DNA from: Strigamia acuminata
Taxonomy: Eukaryota
Reading direction: 5' to 3'
Assembly: GCA_949358305.1 (NCBI GenBank)
Contig: OX442314.1
Span: forward strand, 24,118,001-24,182,000
DNA: 64,000 nt
Positions 34,558 to 46,109 of the stretch are shown piece after piece. Below the pieces are notes generated by a model. The model did no database searches and was not told the DNA's origin. It worked only from the letters and a program-made list of their open reading frames with translations. The translations under genes were made by a program, and so were the position numbers. Position 1 is the first letter of the stretch. The number at the start of each line of letters is the position of its first letter.

Positions 34558-36783
34558 ATGACTAATAACCAGCATCACATGAACACCCGTGGTAAGGAAA
34601 GAACTTGTTTAATAGGTGGAATGAATCTATCCGGGTTTATACCTGTTCCTAATGGAACTGAAGAAGTGGAAAACCACGTGGTCCATAATGGCGTTTCAAA
34701 TGAAACAGCCGGACCATCTGGAGAGAATAGGGCTCCACGTGAACCTACTCCGCCTGGAGAAGAGGAATACATTCCTGAAGGTTCTCATTTAGGCCGAGGC
34801 GGTCTATTATTTTGTCAGGATCATGGTTTGAACCCAAACCAGTTTAGATCTTTGACCGAAGTGTTAGATTTTGTACACGCGCCTCGTGCTACGTCGGAGC
34901 AACCCCATTCCCCAGCCAACCAAAGATTAAATAATTTTAGTCCCACTCCTTCGACGCCTATTTCTAGATATAGAAATAAAAATGCACAACCTCGTCAAGA
35001 TCAGTCGAATTTGACACCAGGAGATTTTAATCGTGCTTTTCAACAACGATTACGAGCAAATAACTTCGCTCGCAACCAACAAAGAGGATTTACAAATCCA
35101 GAGAACTTTGAGAATACGTTCAACAGAGCGAATTTGGGTCCGCCTAATATGGCCAACCCTAATCCAAGTTTTCCAAACGGATCAAATAGTTGTCCGAATC
35201 TCGCTGGAAATTTGAACCCAAATTCAGGTGCGACAAGAGGTCCAAACCGCCGTTTTGACCCAAATTCTAGATTTGCAAACAATTCTAGTCCAGCACCTAA
35301 CATGCAAAGGGGTCACCCAGTTCCTCCGAACTCGAATAACCCAAATAATCCTTCTACTGGAACTCCAGGAAATTCAAATAACTATTTGAATCGGGGTACG
35401 CCAGGTAATTCGAACTATCGTCCGAATTTTGGTAATCAAGAAAGTTCGAACAACCGTCCGAATTTTGACAATCAGGGTAATTCTAATAATCATTCGAATT
35501 ATGGGAACCAAGGCAATTCGAATAACCATTCGAACTTTGGTAACCACAGCAGGTCAAATCAAGGAGGGTCGAATAATTTCAACCCCAATAGTGGCGGCTC
35601 AAGTCAAAATAACTCGAGTCAACCAAACAATGGCGGATCGTCAAATGACAATTCGCGCCCCCCCAGTAGCTTTGGAATGACGGCTGATGACCTCGCGTCA
35701 ATTGCCACGACCATGCATAAATTAATGCAAGCTGGAAAAAGTTCCGCCACTGTCCCTCAAACTAACTGTTTGAAACCACCAGATATTCCTGTATTCTCCG
35801 GAAAAGCAGAAGAAAGCGAACGCTTTCTCAATATTGTAAAAAATGTCGCTTTCCTGCGAAACATGTCACTCGATGACATGCTTGTTAAAGGCGTGGCCGG
35901 TTATTTAACCGAGCAAGCGCATGGTTGGTTTCATGAAAGGAGAGAAGATTTCATATCTTGGGAAGTATTTGAACAGGCGTTCAAAGAACGGTTTGTAGCC
36001 ACTCGACAAGAGCGGACGAACCAACTAACTAAGTTGAAACAACTGGAAACAGAAAGTCTTTACGACTTTATGCACAAATATTACCAGTTATGGATATTAC
36101 AAGACAGTCTTGATGCAAAAGGAGCTGGTTGTCTTTTTATCGGGAGTGTAACTCCTGCTAATGATTTGCTTTTGCATACGCAAGGCATAGCGGATTTGCC
36201 TCTAACAGAGATTTATACCGTTATAACAAAAAATAAAGGCTTGTACAGTCGTACAGCTAATGGAGCAAGGGAAAATATTTCCAATCCAGTTGTTTTCCCA
36301 CCTCGGAAAACTGACACTCGTCCTCAGCCGAAGACAAATGCTAAATCTTTAACTTTGGATTCACAAGAACAACTTAATATTTGTGAAGAAGAGTTACCTG
36401 AGGAATGCGAGGCCGTTTATTTAATAAATGGAGTAGTGGATCAGACCAGACGTGGTCAATTGGTTTGTTACCACTGCAAGAAACCAGGACACATGCGTCG
36501 AGAATGTCCAGATTTAAAACCACGTGCAAATTTCAACTCTGAAGAGTTGCAAAAACGAAATACGCCGGATTCCCCGACTGTGGATCCTACTTCTAAACGT
36601 CCTAATAATAGGTGGATAACTCAAGAAGTGTTGGATGCAACACTAGATGCTAAACTTGATGCGAAATTAAATACTTTCGAAAATAAGTTACAAACTTCGC
36701 TGACTAACTCGTTGGCAGAAATGGTCAAGACTTTGATCAAACCCGAATCTGCTGATTCAAGTGCGACTAGTTCAAAAAACTAG
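34558..36783 (+). CDS. gag: Gag of element B (Asn/Gly/Pro-rich N-terminal region, capsid-like domain, CCHC knuckle)
   Basis: PVFSG...YLTEQAHGWF...SWEVFEQAFKERF; CYHCKKPGHMRREC; ends at the slippery A AAA AAC followed by TAG. Confidence 0.92.
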   Translation: MTNNQHHMNTRGKERTCLIGGMNLSGFIPVPNGTEEVENHVVHNGVSNETAGPSGENRAPREPTPPGEEEYIPEGSHLGRGGLLFCQDHGLNPNQFRSLTEVLDFVHAPRATSEQPHSPANQRLNNFSPTPSTPISRYRNKNAQPRQDQSNLTPGDFNRAFQQRLRANNFARNQQRGFTNPENFENTFNRANLGPPNMANPNPSFPNGSNSCPNLAGNLNPNSGATRGPNRRFDPNSRFANNSSPAPNMQRGHPVPPNSNNPNNPSTGTPGNSNNYLNRGTPGNSNYRPNFGNQESSNNRPNFDNQGNSNNHSNYGNQGNSNNHSNFGNHSRSNQGGSNNFNPNSGGSSQNNSSQPNNGGSSNDNSRPPSSFGMTADDLASIATTMHKLMQAGKSSATVPQTNCLKPPDIPVFSGKAEESERFLNIVKNVAFLRNMSLDDMLVKGVAGYLTEQAHGWFHERREDFISWEVFEQAFKERFVATRQERTNQLTKLKQLETESLYDFMHKYYQLWILQDSLDAKGAGCLFIGSVTPANDLLLHTQGIADLPLTEIYTVITKNKGLYSRTANGARENISNPVVFPPRKTDTRPQPKTNAKSLTLDSQEQLNICEEELPEECEAVYLINGVVDQTRRGQLVCYHCKKPGHMRRECPDLKPRANFNSEELQKRNTPDSPTVDPTSKRPNNRWITQEVLDATLDAKLDAKLNTFENKLQTSLTNSLAEMVKTLIKPESADSSATSSKN

Positions 36784-39700
36784 GTCCGGGGGACGAAGGT
36801 TTATTCCATCCCCCAGAAGTAGCTAATGCTGCGTCGGAATCTTTATTTATGGATGTAGACACAACTTGTCTTGAAGTAGCCACTAGTCATAGTGGCGGAG
36901 TAGAGGAAAATCTGCAAGAAATGACAGAACAATTAAAAAATCTGACATTGTTTCCCCACAAGTGTTACACGAAGAAATTCTGTAGACTTCGCCGACTCAA
37001 CAGAGTCATAGGTGGTAATAATTTGCACAATATTACTTTAGGTAATAATAAAGATGATCCTCGAATGAAGATCACAATTGGTGGGCTCACCTACAACGCG
37101 CTCATGGATATAGGAGCATCTCAATGTTACATTGGGGAACAACTCTTGTCGGAAACTCAGGCTTTGCCAGAATTTTTGCAAGAGGCCCCCAGAAATATGT
37201 TGGTTAACGCTGTAGGCGTAGCACACAAGCCTGTCGGACAAATAACTTTGTGCGTACAATGGCTGATGAATTTACACCAATGAATTTCATCGTTTTAGCA
37301 AAACGAGTTTGTGGCTTGATACTTGGCCACAATTTCATGCGCAGACAGAAAATTAGTCCGCATCCACATCTACAAGAGTTCTCTTGTGCAGATAAACCTA
37401 ATTGGTCCGCCCCTTATGAGTCGGAAGAGGCCAATTTGGCACTCGCCCCGTTAAATCGAATTACTTTCGATTATTTAGGACTGTCGTCCACTCTCAACTC
37501 AATTGAGTTAACAGACACTCCTGTGTTGACTTGGGATAAAAAATTAGTTGAGGAGAGCGACTGCACTCCAGAACAACGACTAGCACTTCGCGAAGTGGTT
37601 AACTCGATACCGAATGTATTTCGTGATCAAGTTGGGTGCACTAACGTGACCCAACATCGTATTAAGTTCAAAGAAGGGCATTCATTGCCCAAAATGCAGT
37701 ATAGAATGTATAACCCGGCCAAGAGAGCCATTATGACCAAACTAGCTGCAGAATTGGAACAGGATGGACTCATTGAAAAGGCCAAAGGGCCCTTCATAAG
37801 TCATCCCGTCGTTGTTGCGAAGCCTGACGGCTCGTATAGGATGTGCATTGACTACCGGTGGCTAAATGCCATCACTGAAGTCGAAGTAATACAAATGCCA
37901 AGTATTGACCTTTTGTTGCATAATACTGGTCCGGCAAAGTTTTTTACGTCTATTGACCTTGTTAAAGGTTACTACCAAGTCGAAATGTGTAAGGAAGATC
38001 GTCCAAAAACGGCGTTTTATACGCCAAACGGCCCTTATCAATTTGTGCGAATGCCGTTCGGCCTTTGCAATGCGCCTTGTACTTTCCAGCGTCTGATGGA
38101 AGGCATTTTAGGCTCAGCTTTACAAGACTACGCGTTAGTCTATTTGGATGATGTAATTGTATATTCAGATAATTGGGATGATCATCTCAAACACGTTCGA
38201 GATGTTCTAGAAAGGCTTAACCAAGCCAACATGACAATAAATAAAGCGAAATCTCGTTTTGGGCGTACAGAATTAAAATTCTTGGGCCACTGGATTAAAC
38301 CCGAAGGTCTCTTCGGTGATCCCGATAAAATATCGGCGATTATGAAATTTCCCACCCCCACGTGTGCTAAAGACATTCAGCGCTTTCACGGCATGACTAA
38401 CTTCTTCAGGAAGTTTGTTCCAAATCATGGAACTATTGCCGCACCATACACACGTATGATGAATGAGAAAACTCCATTTGAATGGGGAGATGAGCAGACA
38501 GAAGCTTTTAATAAAATTAAAGAGCTACTTTGTGGTGACAATTGTCTACACAAACCAGATATGACTTTACCATTTGTTGTCATGACTGATGCTTCACATG
38601 AAGGCTTAGGAGCTGTCCTTTGCCAAGACGTCGATATATTCGATGAAAAGAAGCAGAAAAACATTTCTGTACCCAAACCTGTAGCTTATGCAAGCAGAGT
38701 TTTACGTGGAGCGGAGAAGCGTTATACAACGCCGGAACTTGAATGTCTCGCAGTCGTGTGGGCTATTGATCGATTTAAACCATATCTCGAATATGGTACA
38801 TTCACTTTAGAGTCAGATGCAGAAGCACTGAAATGGTTGATGCGAACGCCTGAACCATCTGGGAAATTTGGCCGATGGGCCTTAAGAATCCAATGTGGAA
38901 ATTTTAAAATTGTTTTTCGAAAAGGTGCTGCTAATCAAGTTGCGGATGCACTTTCTAGAGCCCCACTAACAGAGGAAGACATTCCTCTTCGAGATCATGT
39001 GGAACCTGTCGAAATTAAACAATACTGGCCTGAGTGGGACGGAAATCCTTCTGTTTCATTAAATCGTGCCCCAGAGAAACGAGAATATTTGGCTAGTGTG
39101 CGTTCCTATTTTTCAGAAAATTCTAAAGAATGTTCTGAAGAAAAGGAGGGGGAGGAAGTACAAGAAACCTTGTACAGTGCGTTGACTGAAGTACTTAAAG
39201 AAGTCCCTCCTACAAGGAGAGAAATAATAGATGCTCAGTTACTAGATATTGAATGCAAACGCATTCGAGAATATTTATTGAATGACAAGGTTGTTGGGAT
39301 ACCACAATCTGAAATAAAAGAATGGAAAAACAAAGTCAAAAACTATTGTTTAGACAAAAAAGAAGTTGATGGTGATCAAATGATCATCTATTTTAACCCT
39401 TCGTTCGAAGAGGGATTAAACGATTCGGGAAATGGCTTTAAAGCCGTTGTACCCAGTTCACTCGTAAAACGAGTACTCTTCGCTTGTCATGGCCACCCCC
39501 TAAGCGGTCACGCTGGGATGAGTAAGACGCTTGAGAAAACGCGTTTAATATATTTCTGGCCTGGTATGAGTAGAAGTGTCAGGAACTACGTCAAAAGCTG
39601 CACGCACTGTGCTCAGTACAAGCCTATTCAACAGAAAAGGCACGCAGCTCCGTACACACCACACAACATGACCAATCCTTGGGAATGTATTAACATGGAC

Positions 39701-40978
39701 TTGATGGGCCCAAAACCCGCGGGAAGGTCCCAAAACCAGTATATTTTTGTCATTATTGACAATTGTACCAAGTTCGTTGAAATTAAGGCTTTGACCAAAG
39801 CCACGAGCGCTAACTGCGTTCAAGAATTAAGATCTGTTACAAACAGATGGGGACACCCCAAAAAGATTGTGAGCGATAACGGAAAACAATTTGTTTCCGA
39901 TATTTACAATGAGTATTGCGATATGTACAACATTCGCCCGTCTCATACGAGCACGTATCATGCCCAGGCGAACCCGACAGAGCGAGCCAATAGAGATATA
40001 AAGACGATGCTGGCTTTGTACACAGATGTGCACACGCAATGGCCACGATATTTAGACGAATTCGCGTTCGCGATGAGAAATAATGTCTCAGCGGCAACAG
40101 GCTCAAGCCCGATGCTACTGAACACGGGACGAATCGTAACATTACCTTTCGACCCAAGGATTATTAAACATGCCAATCCATTTGACAAAGAAAATCCAGA
40201 AAAATATGTCAGAGTACTATTAGATATATTACGCAGATCGCATCAAGAGATGCATCGCAGAATTCAATTGAATTTTGAACGACATAGAAAAATACACGAA
40301 CAAAAGTTCGTAATTACGGAGTTTGAAGTTGGAGATTTAGTTTGGAAACAAACTCACATTCTCTCGTGCGCAGATAAAAATATTTCTGCCGGTTTCGCAG
40401 AGAAGAGAGATGGTCCGTGGGAGATTACTAAAGTACTTCCAGGCGGAGCGTATAAATTACGAAAATTATCTGATAGTTCGATCGAAAAATCAGTAAATAT
40501 TAAAGCGTTGTATCCCTATACTCCGTCGTACCCGATTGAGACTTGGAAAATAGGACAAAAGTCCGCCTCTTACTCGCCTCAAGAAAATCCTAAATGGATG
40601 GACGAAAGTAATCAACTTCCGGATGCTGAAGAAATGGAATTAATTCCTGAAACTTCTTCAGAAATTCCAATGGAATTATCCGACTCAACTTCGGTGCAAA
40701 TTGACAAATCTGCGCCCATTAAGTCTAAACATAGACATAGACAACGCTTAACTGCTATGGAAAGGAAAGCGGCGTTAAAAAGAGGCGAAGTTCCAAAGAA
40801 ACCGCCTCGAAAACCCCGCAAACCCCAACCGATAGTTCCACGAACTAGCACTCGTCCACGACGAGAACGAAAACCAAATCCTAAATATGCAGATGAAAAT
40901 TTCGTGCGAAACATCACTGCAGTATTTAAAAAACCATACCAACAACGAGGAAAAGCCTCAAAGTTCTGTTGGAATTGA
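36774..40978 (+). CDS. pol: Pol of element B, with an apparent 1-nt deletion inside the protease at ~37262
   Basis: The -1 frame carries ALMDIGA (protease) to 37283. The rest (ILGHNF, YLDD, TDAS, HHCC, SDNG...PTER, GPW) lies in a further -1 frame. Confidence 0.93.
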
Positions 40979-41847
40979 TAAGTTTTATTCAAAATTTAAA
41001 GACTGTAATTATTTACATGTCTGACAGGTGTAGTGATTTATAATCTCAACACCGGGGGACAAGATATTACGATATTTATTGAAATTTATATTAAAAATAT
41101 GAATTTGTTGCGAGGAATTAAATATTCGATAGAATATCTTAATTTTTTGGTCGTATTTACATGTATTTTAACTAAAATACAGAGAATTACTTTGAAAAGT
41201 GATAATCTCGCGTAATTACGAAGGTACGAGACTTACGAGGTGTGATTAAACCTCGAACCCGACAATTAATAGGGAATAAAATTCCCAGGGTTCATTGCAC
41301 ACAAACACTTCGTAAAAAACACGGATACTAGTGACTTCGTCCCTTCGACCCGTCTTCACTTTTCGACTTGAGAATTTCAACGCTAATTCAGTTAGCCGAT
41401 TCAAGCAAGGAAAACAAGCTTCAACAGTAAGTAGTTTTCGTTATTATTCTTTGACCAAAGAATTGCAAAAATTGTTCGCAACAATTGAAAAATATCGGCG
41501 TCCCGATAAAAGTTAAAAAATTCACGTGTATTATAAGCGTGAATCGGCATTAAATCACTCTGGAAGTTTAGCTATTCAGTCGAATAGTTGGTTTTAAAAT
41601 TAATAATGAATTATTAAGTTTAAGTATGTAGGCACTAATTATTTAAATCAAGTCGCGGTCGAGGCTTGCATAAATTATTTGGCGATGAATTTTCGATATG
41701 AGATATTTATTAGACTAAGTGTTAATTAATTAATACGAAGTTTATTTTTTGATATTCAAAGATGGAATTAAATAGTTTATAGAAACTACGGGGATTTTGC
41801 TTTTGAAAAATCAACAAGTTGCGATTTTCAATGAAAGTCGCTGTCAG

Positions 41848-43365
41848 ATGGGAAGTGGCAAACACCGTTCAAAACGGAGTCATCGACGACACCGTCATGA
41901 AAGCTCCAGCTCGTCCACCTCGTCTAGTGACGAGCAACGTCGTTCGGCCGAGCGCGCTTATATGAGGGCCCAACCGATACCGACGGCGCCCGCCTCGATG
42001 TACGCCCTGACGCCGTTGCAACTCGCAACACTTAATTGGCTGAGCGTCCATCCGGACGGACTTCCACTCGATTTAAATGCGATGATGCAGGCCCCATCCA
42101 CTTCTGCGCAGCCAACTATTTATGAGTCGGCGCAATTGGCCCCGCTGGCCCAGGTGGCGTATCCGCCCGCGAACGTTATCAACGTCCCGTTGGCCCCGCA
42201 TTCACCCGAATTTCGGCCGCCAACTGCAAGCGTGGCGCCCACCGTCGCCAACACGTCGAATGCGGCTGCACCGACTGTGACGGGACAATCAGCGTCTGTT
42301 ACGCATCTTCCTGCTGGTGCTGAGTCGTCTGCATCAGAATACGGATGGAATGAGCCGCCGCCGGGCGCTCTGCGCTATTCGGAGCCTGTTTCTCGCAACC
42401 GCGAGTACCGAGCGGCCAACAAGGCCAGAAAGAAGGATGAGAAGGCCCGCCTGCGCAAGGAGCAGTGCGAACGAGACATGGCAGCCGGAATACCTCACGA
42501 TAACATCGTGACGGACCAGGCAACAGAGACGATCTGCCCATTTTGCGTCGGCTGTGGGTGGTGCTGCGGTGCATCCGCAGGGTCTTCATTGATGCGTTGT
42601 CCAAACTGTCGAGGAAGGAAAACGCGCCCGCGTTCGGAGCCGTGGCGCAAGGAGGTTCAGCCCCACGTGGTGAAAGGCATTAAGCCTAACGAGAAGCGAT
42701 GTTGGGCTCACTGCCCCAAGTGCCGATTGTTTCTAAACAGCCGCGGCGAGGCTGTGTACATCGACCCGCGCTTCCTCACCTGGACCCGCGCTGAAGCCAA
42801 CGCTGGTGTAAGAGTCGAACTCCTTCGACAATCACCGCCGCCGTCCGAGGACTCTGAAGTTTCTACCGAAACTGTCCAAGCTGTCGAAAGCGCCGGAAGC
42901 GAGGTCGTAGAGGAAATCGTTCGACCGAGAACGATGTCGCGAGGACGAGGCTGTCTGACGCTCGACCGAGCGAGAGAAATCGCCAAGGTTCAACGAACCA
43001 ACATCTTGGCACGAGGGCGAGCTCGTAAGCTTCAACAGGCTGTTGAAACGTCGCCTAAACCCGTGGAGGATCCTCCAGCGGCCGTAACCGACGTATCTAG
43101 CGCCCCCCCAGCGTCTAAGTCCGAGACTTCGGACGACGCGCAGTTCGAGGACGCCGAGGAGTTACTTTCCGTCGTCGATTTCGTGGCGGAGTTGCTCGAG
43201 GATCTGCCGTTCCCACCTCCGAGCCCAGAGGAAATCGAAGCTCCGGAGGAGGCTGTGTTTTCCGCCGTCTCGACAGAGGCGACTGAAGAATCTGATTTCC
43301 TGACTTCTGCCGAAGTCGAGAAAAAGGAAGAGAAGGATTCGACTGACGTCGAAAAGAAGGATTAA
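41848..43365 (+). CDS. Accessory ORF3 of element B (505 aa; Arg/His-rich N-terminus, Cys cluster, acidic tail)
   Basis: GC-rich open frame between AT-rich flanks; TGTCAG|ATG at 41847/41848; CPFCVGCGWCC...CPNC...CWAHCPKC; no signal peptide or TM segment. Confidence 0.8.
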   Translation: MGSGKHRSKRSHRRHRHESSSSSTSSSDEQRRSAERAYMRAQPIPTAPASMYALTPLQLATLNWLSVHPDGLPLDLNAMMQAPSTSAQPTIYESAQLAPLAQVAYPPANVINVPLAPHSPEFRPPTASVAPTVANTSNAAAPTVTGQSASVTHLPAGAESSASEYGWNEPPPGALRYSEPVSRNREYRAANKARKKDEKARLRKEQCERDMAAGIPHDNIVTDQATETICPFCVGCGWCCGASAGSSLMRCPNCRGRKTRPRSEPWRKEVQPHVVKGIKPNEKRCWAHCPKCRLFLNSRGEAVYIDPRFLTWTRAEANAGVRVELLRQSPPPSEDSEVSTETVQAVESAGSEVVEEIVRPRTMSRGRGCLTLDRAREIAKVQRTNILARGRARKLQQAVETSPKPVEDPPAAVTDVSSAPPASKSETSDDAQFEDAEELLSVVDFVAELLEDLPFPPPSPEEIEAPEEAVFSAVSTEATEESDFLTSAEVEKKEEKDSTDVEKKD

Positions 43366-44099
43366 AAGGGACAAAATTAACGTTCGTTATTTTTCCGAGT
43401 GGAGATTTTTATGACTAAAAATACTCCAAGTGTTTTGTTGTGTTTTTTGCAATTACGAAATATTCTCATGAGTGTTGTGTTTGTTTGTTTCAAGATTTTG
43501 AACTAATCATTAAATACTCGAACGAGTATAGTCTAATTTTAAAATTGGATTCAATTTAATTTGCTTTGTTTTCGAATTCAATTTGAATGTTTATTTGAAC
43601 TAATCATATTAATATATGTTTATTTGATTTATTTTCGAATTTCATAATTATTTGTGGAAATTGTGTTTGTTTTGCTTTGACTGAAGCGTTGAAGAATTTC
43701 AAGTTGAAATTCGTTAATTTTTTATGACAATCGTAATAAAAAATTAGTAGTTTAGATTTTCGATAAATAAAGTTTTGCATAAATTTATTTTTATTGATTA
43801 TCTTGTTGATTAATAAGCTATGAATAAGTTTATTTGACGGAGAAATAAAATTTCTATCGAAATTAGTTTTCTCGAACATGTATCCATGTTCGGACGAGTT
43901 CATTTCCGTCGCTTAGCAACCGGGAGTTGCGTTGTACAGGGAAGCCGATTAGTCTAATCGGGTGATGAAGTTTCTGAAAGAAATAACATGATTAAGTTTA
44001 ATAAAAATACTTACCAAGTGGATTAATTCGATAGAATTAGGTGAACATTTCTTATACATTAAGAATGACAATTAAAAAGTTGGTAAACTCTATGATTGT

Positions 44100-44111
44100 C
44101 ACCGGGGGATG
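44100..44111 (+). promoter_or_regulatory. Short polypurine tract of element B
   Basis: CACCGGGGGATG immediately before the 3' LTR. Confidence 0.75.
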
Positions 44112-45863
44112 TGTGATGATTACAAATCCGTATTTATCAATGTTCACAATAGATGGCGCTGTTTACAACACGCGCGTAATTCAAACTCGATAAAACTAAA
44201 AAGTGTGATAAATAATTATTTAGACACGGTGAATAAAATATAACTATTTTATTCGACATAAACTAAGTATTAATTACTTGATGATGTTGATTCTGTTGAA
44301 TCAATATCCACGTTACTTACCTGTCGACGGGAACCAATCGGACCCTTCCGGACCCCAACTGGGCCCATCTGGACATAGTCATATATTAGGTCCGGACTAG
44401 TGACCCACGAATCCGCCGATTCGTACGCTGATTGGCTGTCGCCAATCTAGTAGTTCTACAGAACTATATAAGCATCAGTTTCTCACCCACTAATCCCCCT
44501 GGCTTGATAACTGAACTTGTATATTGTCTGTAGTTGAATTGTTATCGTTTGATTTCATTATTCTCTATCGACACATCAGGCCACCTCAGCTCTCCACAGT
44601 TAGTATTCATTACTATTTTGTTATTGCTGTTGTAGGGCTATTTCGGGAAGGCTAACTCCGGTAATAGACATGCATTCGCATGAAATGGCCCCGTAACGTT
44701 AGCCAGCTGTTCTACGGGACAGTAGGACTTCGTACGGTGGCTTAATATAACGGTCGTATACAGTACGACCTTGCTAAATGAAAATAGGTCCCTCAGCTAA
44801 CTGGCCACAGTCCGCTGCAGGATGGTTGTTGTAAACAACCCACGCAGGTTCCCGTCTTTCTACGATTGGTCCTTCCGCTCGTTAAAAGTCGGTAAAGGCC
44901 TAATGCACAGGTAACACGCCGGGTTGGTAGCCCGTGAGTAATATCTTCAAGATGTTGCGATAAACAACTACCTGGATAATGGTAATCCAACGGCAGTGGC
45001 CGATTAATATTTTACCCGGTGCTCGATCATTTGGATCCCGCCATCGTAAGGCATGCTGGCGGATGGAGGAGTCAAATCCTCCCGCGATGGTTCTCTCGAC
45101 CGTCGTGACGGTCCCCGCCCCATCGTACCCTCCGGGTTAGTAACCCGTGAACAGGAGTTGAATAACACTGTGTTAAATAAATTACTCGGGCATTGGTAAT
45201 CCTGTATTGGCAATATCTTTTTATACCGGTAAGTCCATAGAAATGTTTACCTGGTGGATGGTACCACCGATAGCGAGTTAAAGCACACAATTAAATACTC
45301 GGCGCCTGATCACGAGATCTTGTCGTCGTAAGGCATGCTGGCGGATGGAGTCTCAACAACTCCCGCGACGTTCTTTCAATTGTCGTGACGGTCCCCGCCC
45401 AATTAATATTTATACGACAATTCATTTGTTGTATTCCACTAATCACTTTACCTTTGTTCATTTGAGACAATGGAATATTCTGCCGAATATTCCTGTTTAT
45501 GCGAAGGACTCCTCGCATATTTAGATACTCGAGCTGCGGACCAAATACGTCTCCGTAGCGATGTTTGTGACGATGTCGCAAGTCAGCCGTATCCCTCTGG
45601 CTTCGCCCGGATCCTCAACCAGTTGATGCCGCCCGTTTACACGCGTCAAGAACCCAATTATGTTATCCTTAATATTTAGTAATAAATATGTTAAGTCACA
45701 CTAAAACTGTAAGTTATTTCTACTTGATCACATATTCATGTTTGTAAGGGCTTCCGTAGCTTATCTCGGTTAGGTTGTTGCTAAACTTAGCAACGTCTTG
45801 TATAAACCGAATTATCTATTTCTTAAAGGACTAATAAATTAGCCCAAAAGTAGAATCGTCACA
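44112..45863 (+). repeat. 3' LTR of element B
   Basis: Direct repeat of 31667-33418, followed by the TSD ATAT. Confidence 0.97.
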
Positions 45864-46109
45864 ATATGTATGCAAGTTGCATATACGTCGCATAAACGTT
45901 GCATTATAGAACGTGTACCCGGCGTATATTCATGTGCACCAAACATTTGTTTGCGTCTGGAATTCCCGGGAAAACCTTAAAATTTCCCGGGAATTCCGCG
46001 GAATGAAGCTTTATTTACGATGTACATATAAATATATTTTTCGTGTGAGCCGCTATTTGTCACATTCTTTTGGACATGGACGTCTAAAATTTCTTAAGCA
46101 GAATTGATG

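Larger units (their letters stand above)
31667..45863 (+). mobile_element. Full-length Ty3/Gypsy LTR retrotransposon B (14.2 kb) with a third ORF
   Basis: 1752-bp TG...CA LTRs, 4-bp TSD ATAT (31663-31666 and 45864-45867), PBS, PPT, gag and pol. Confidence 0.97.
30368..46013 (-). mobile_element. Internally deleted hAT DNA transposon, interrupted by Gypsy element B
   Basis: TIRs TAAAGGTTCATT (30368) and inverse TAAAGCTTCATT (46013), 11/12 match. Degenerate 8-bp TSD TCCACGAT/TTTACGAT. Subterminal CCCGGGAA motifs and GAATGCGA repeats. Confidence 0.75.
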
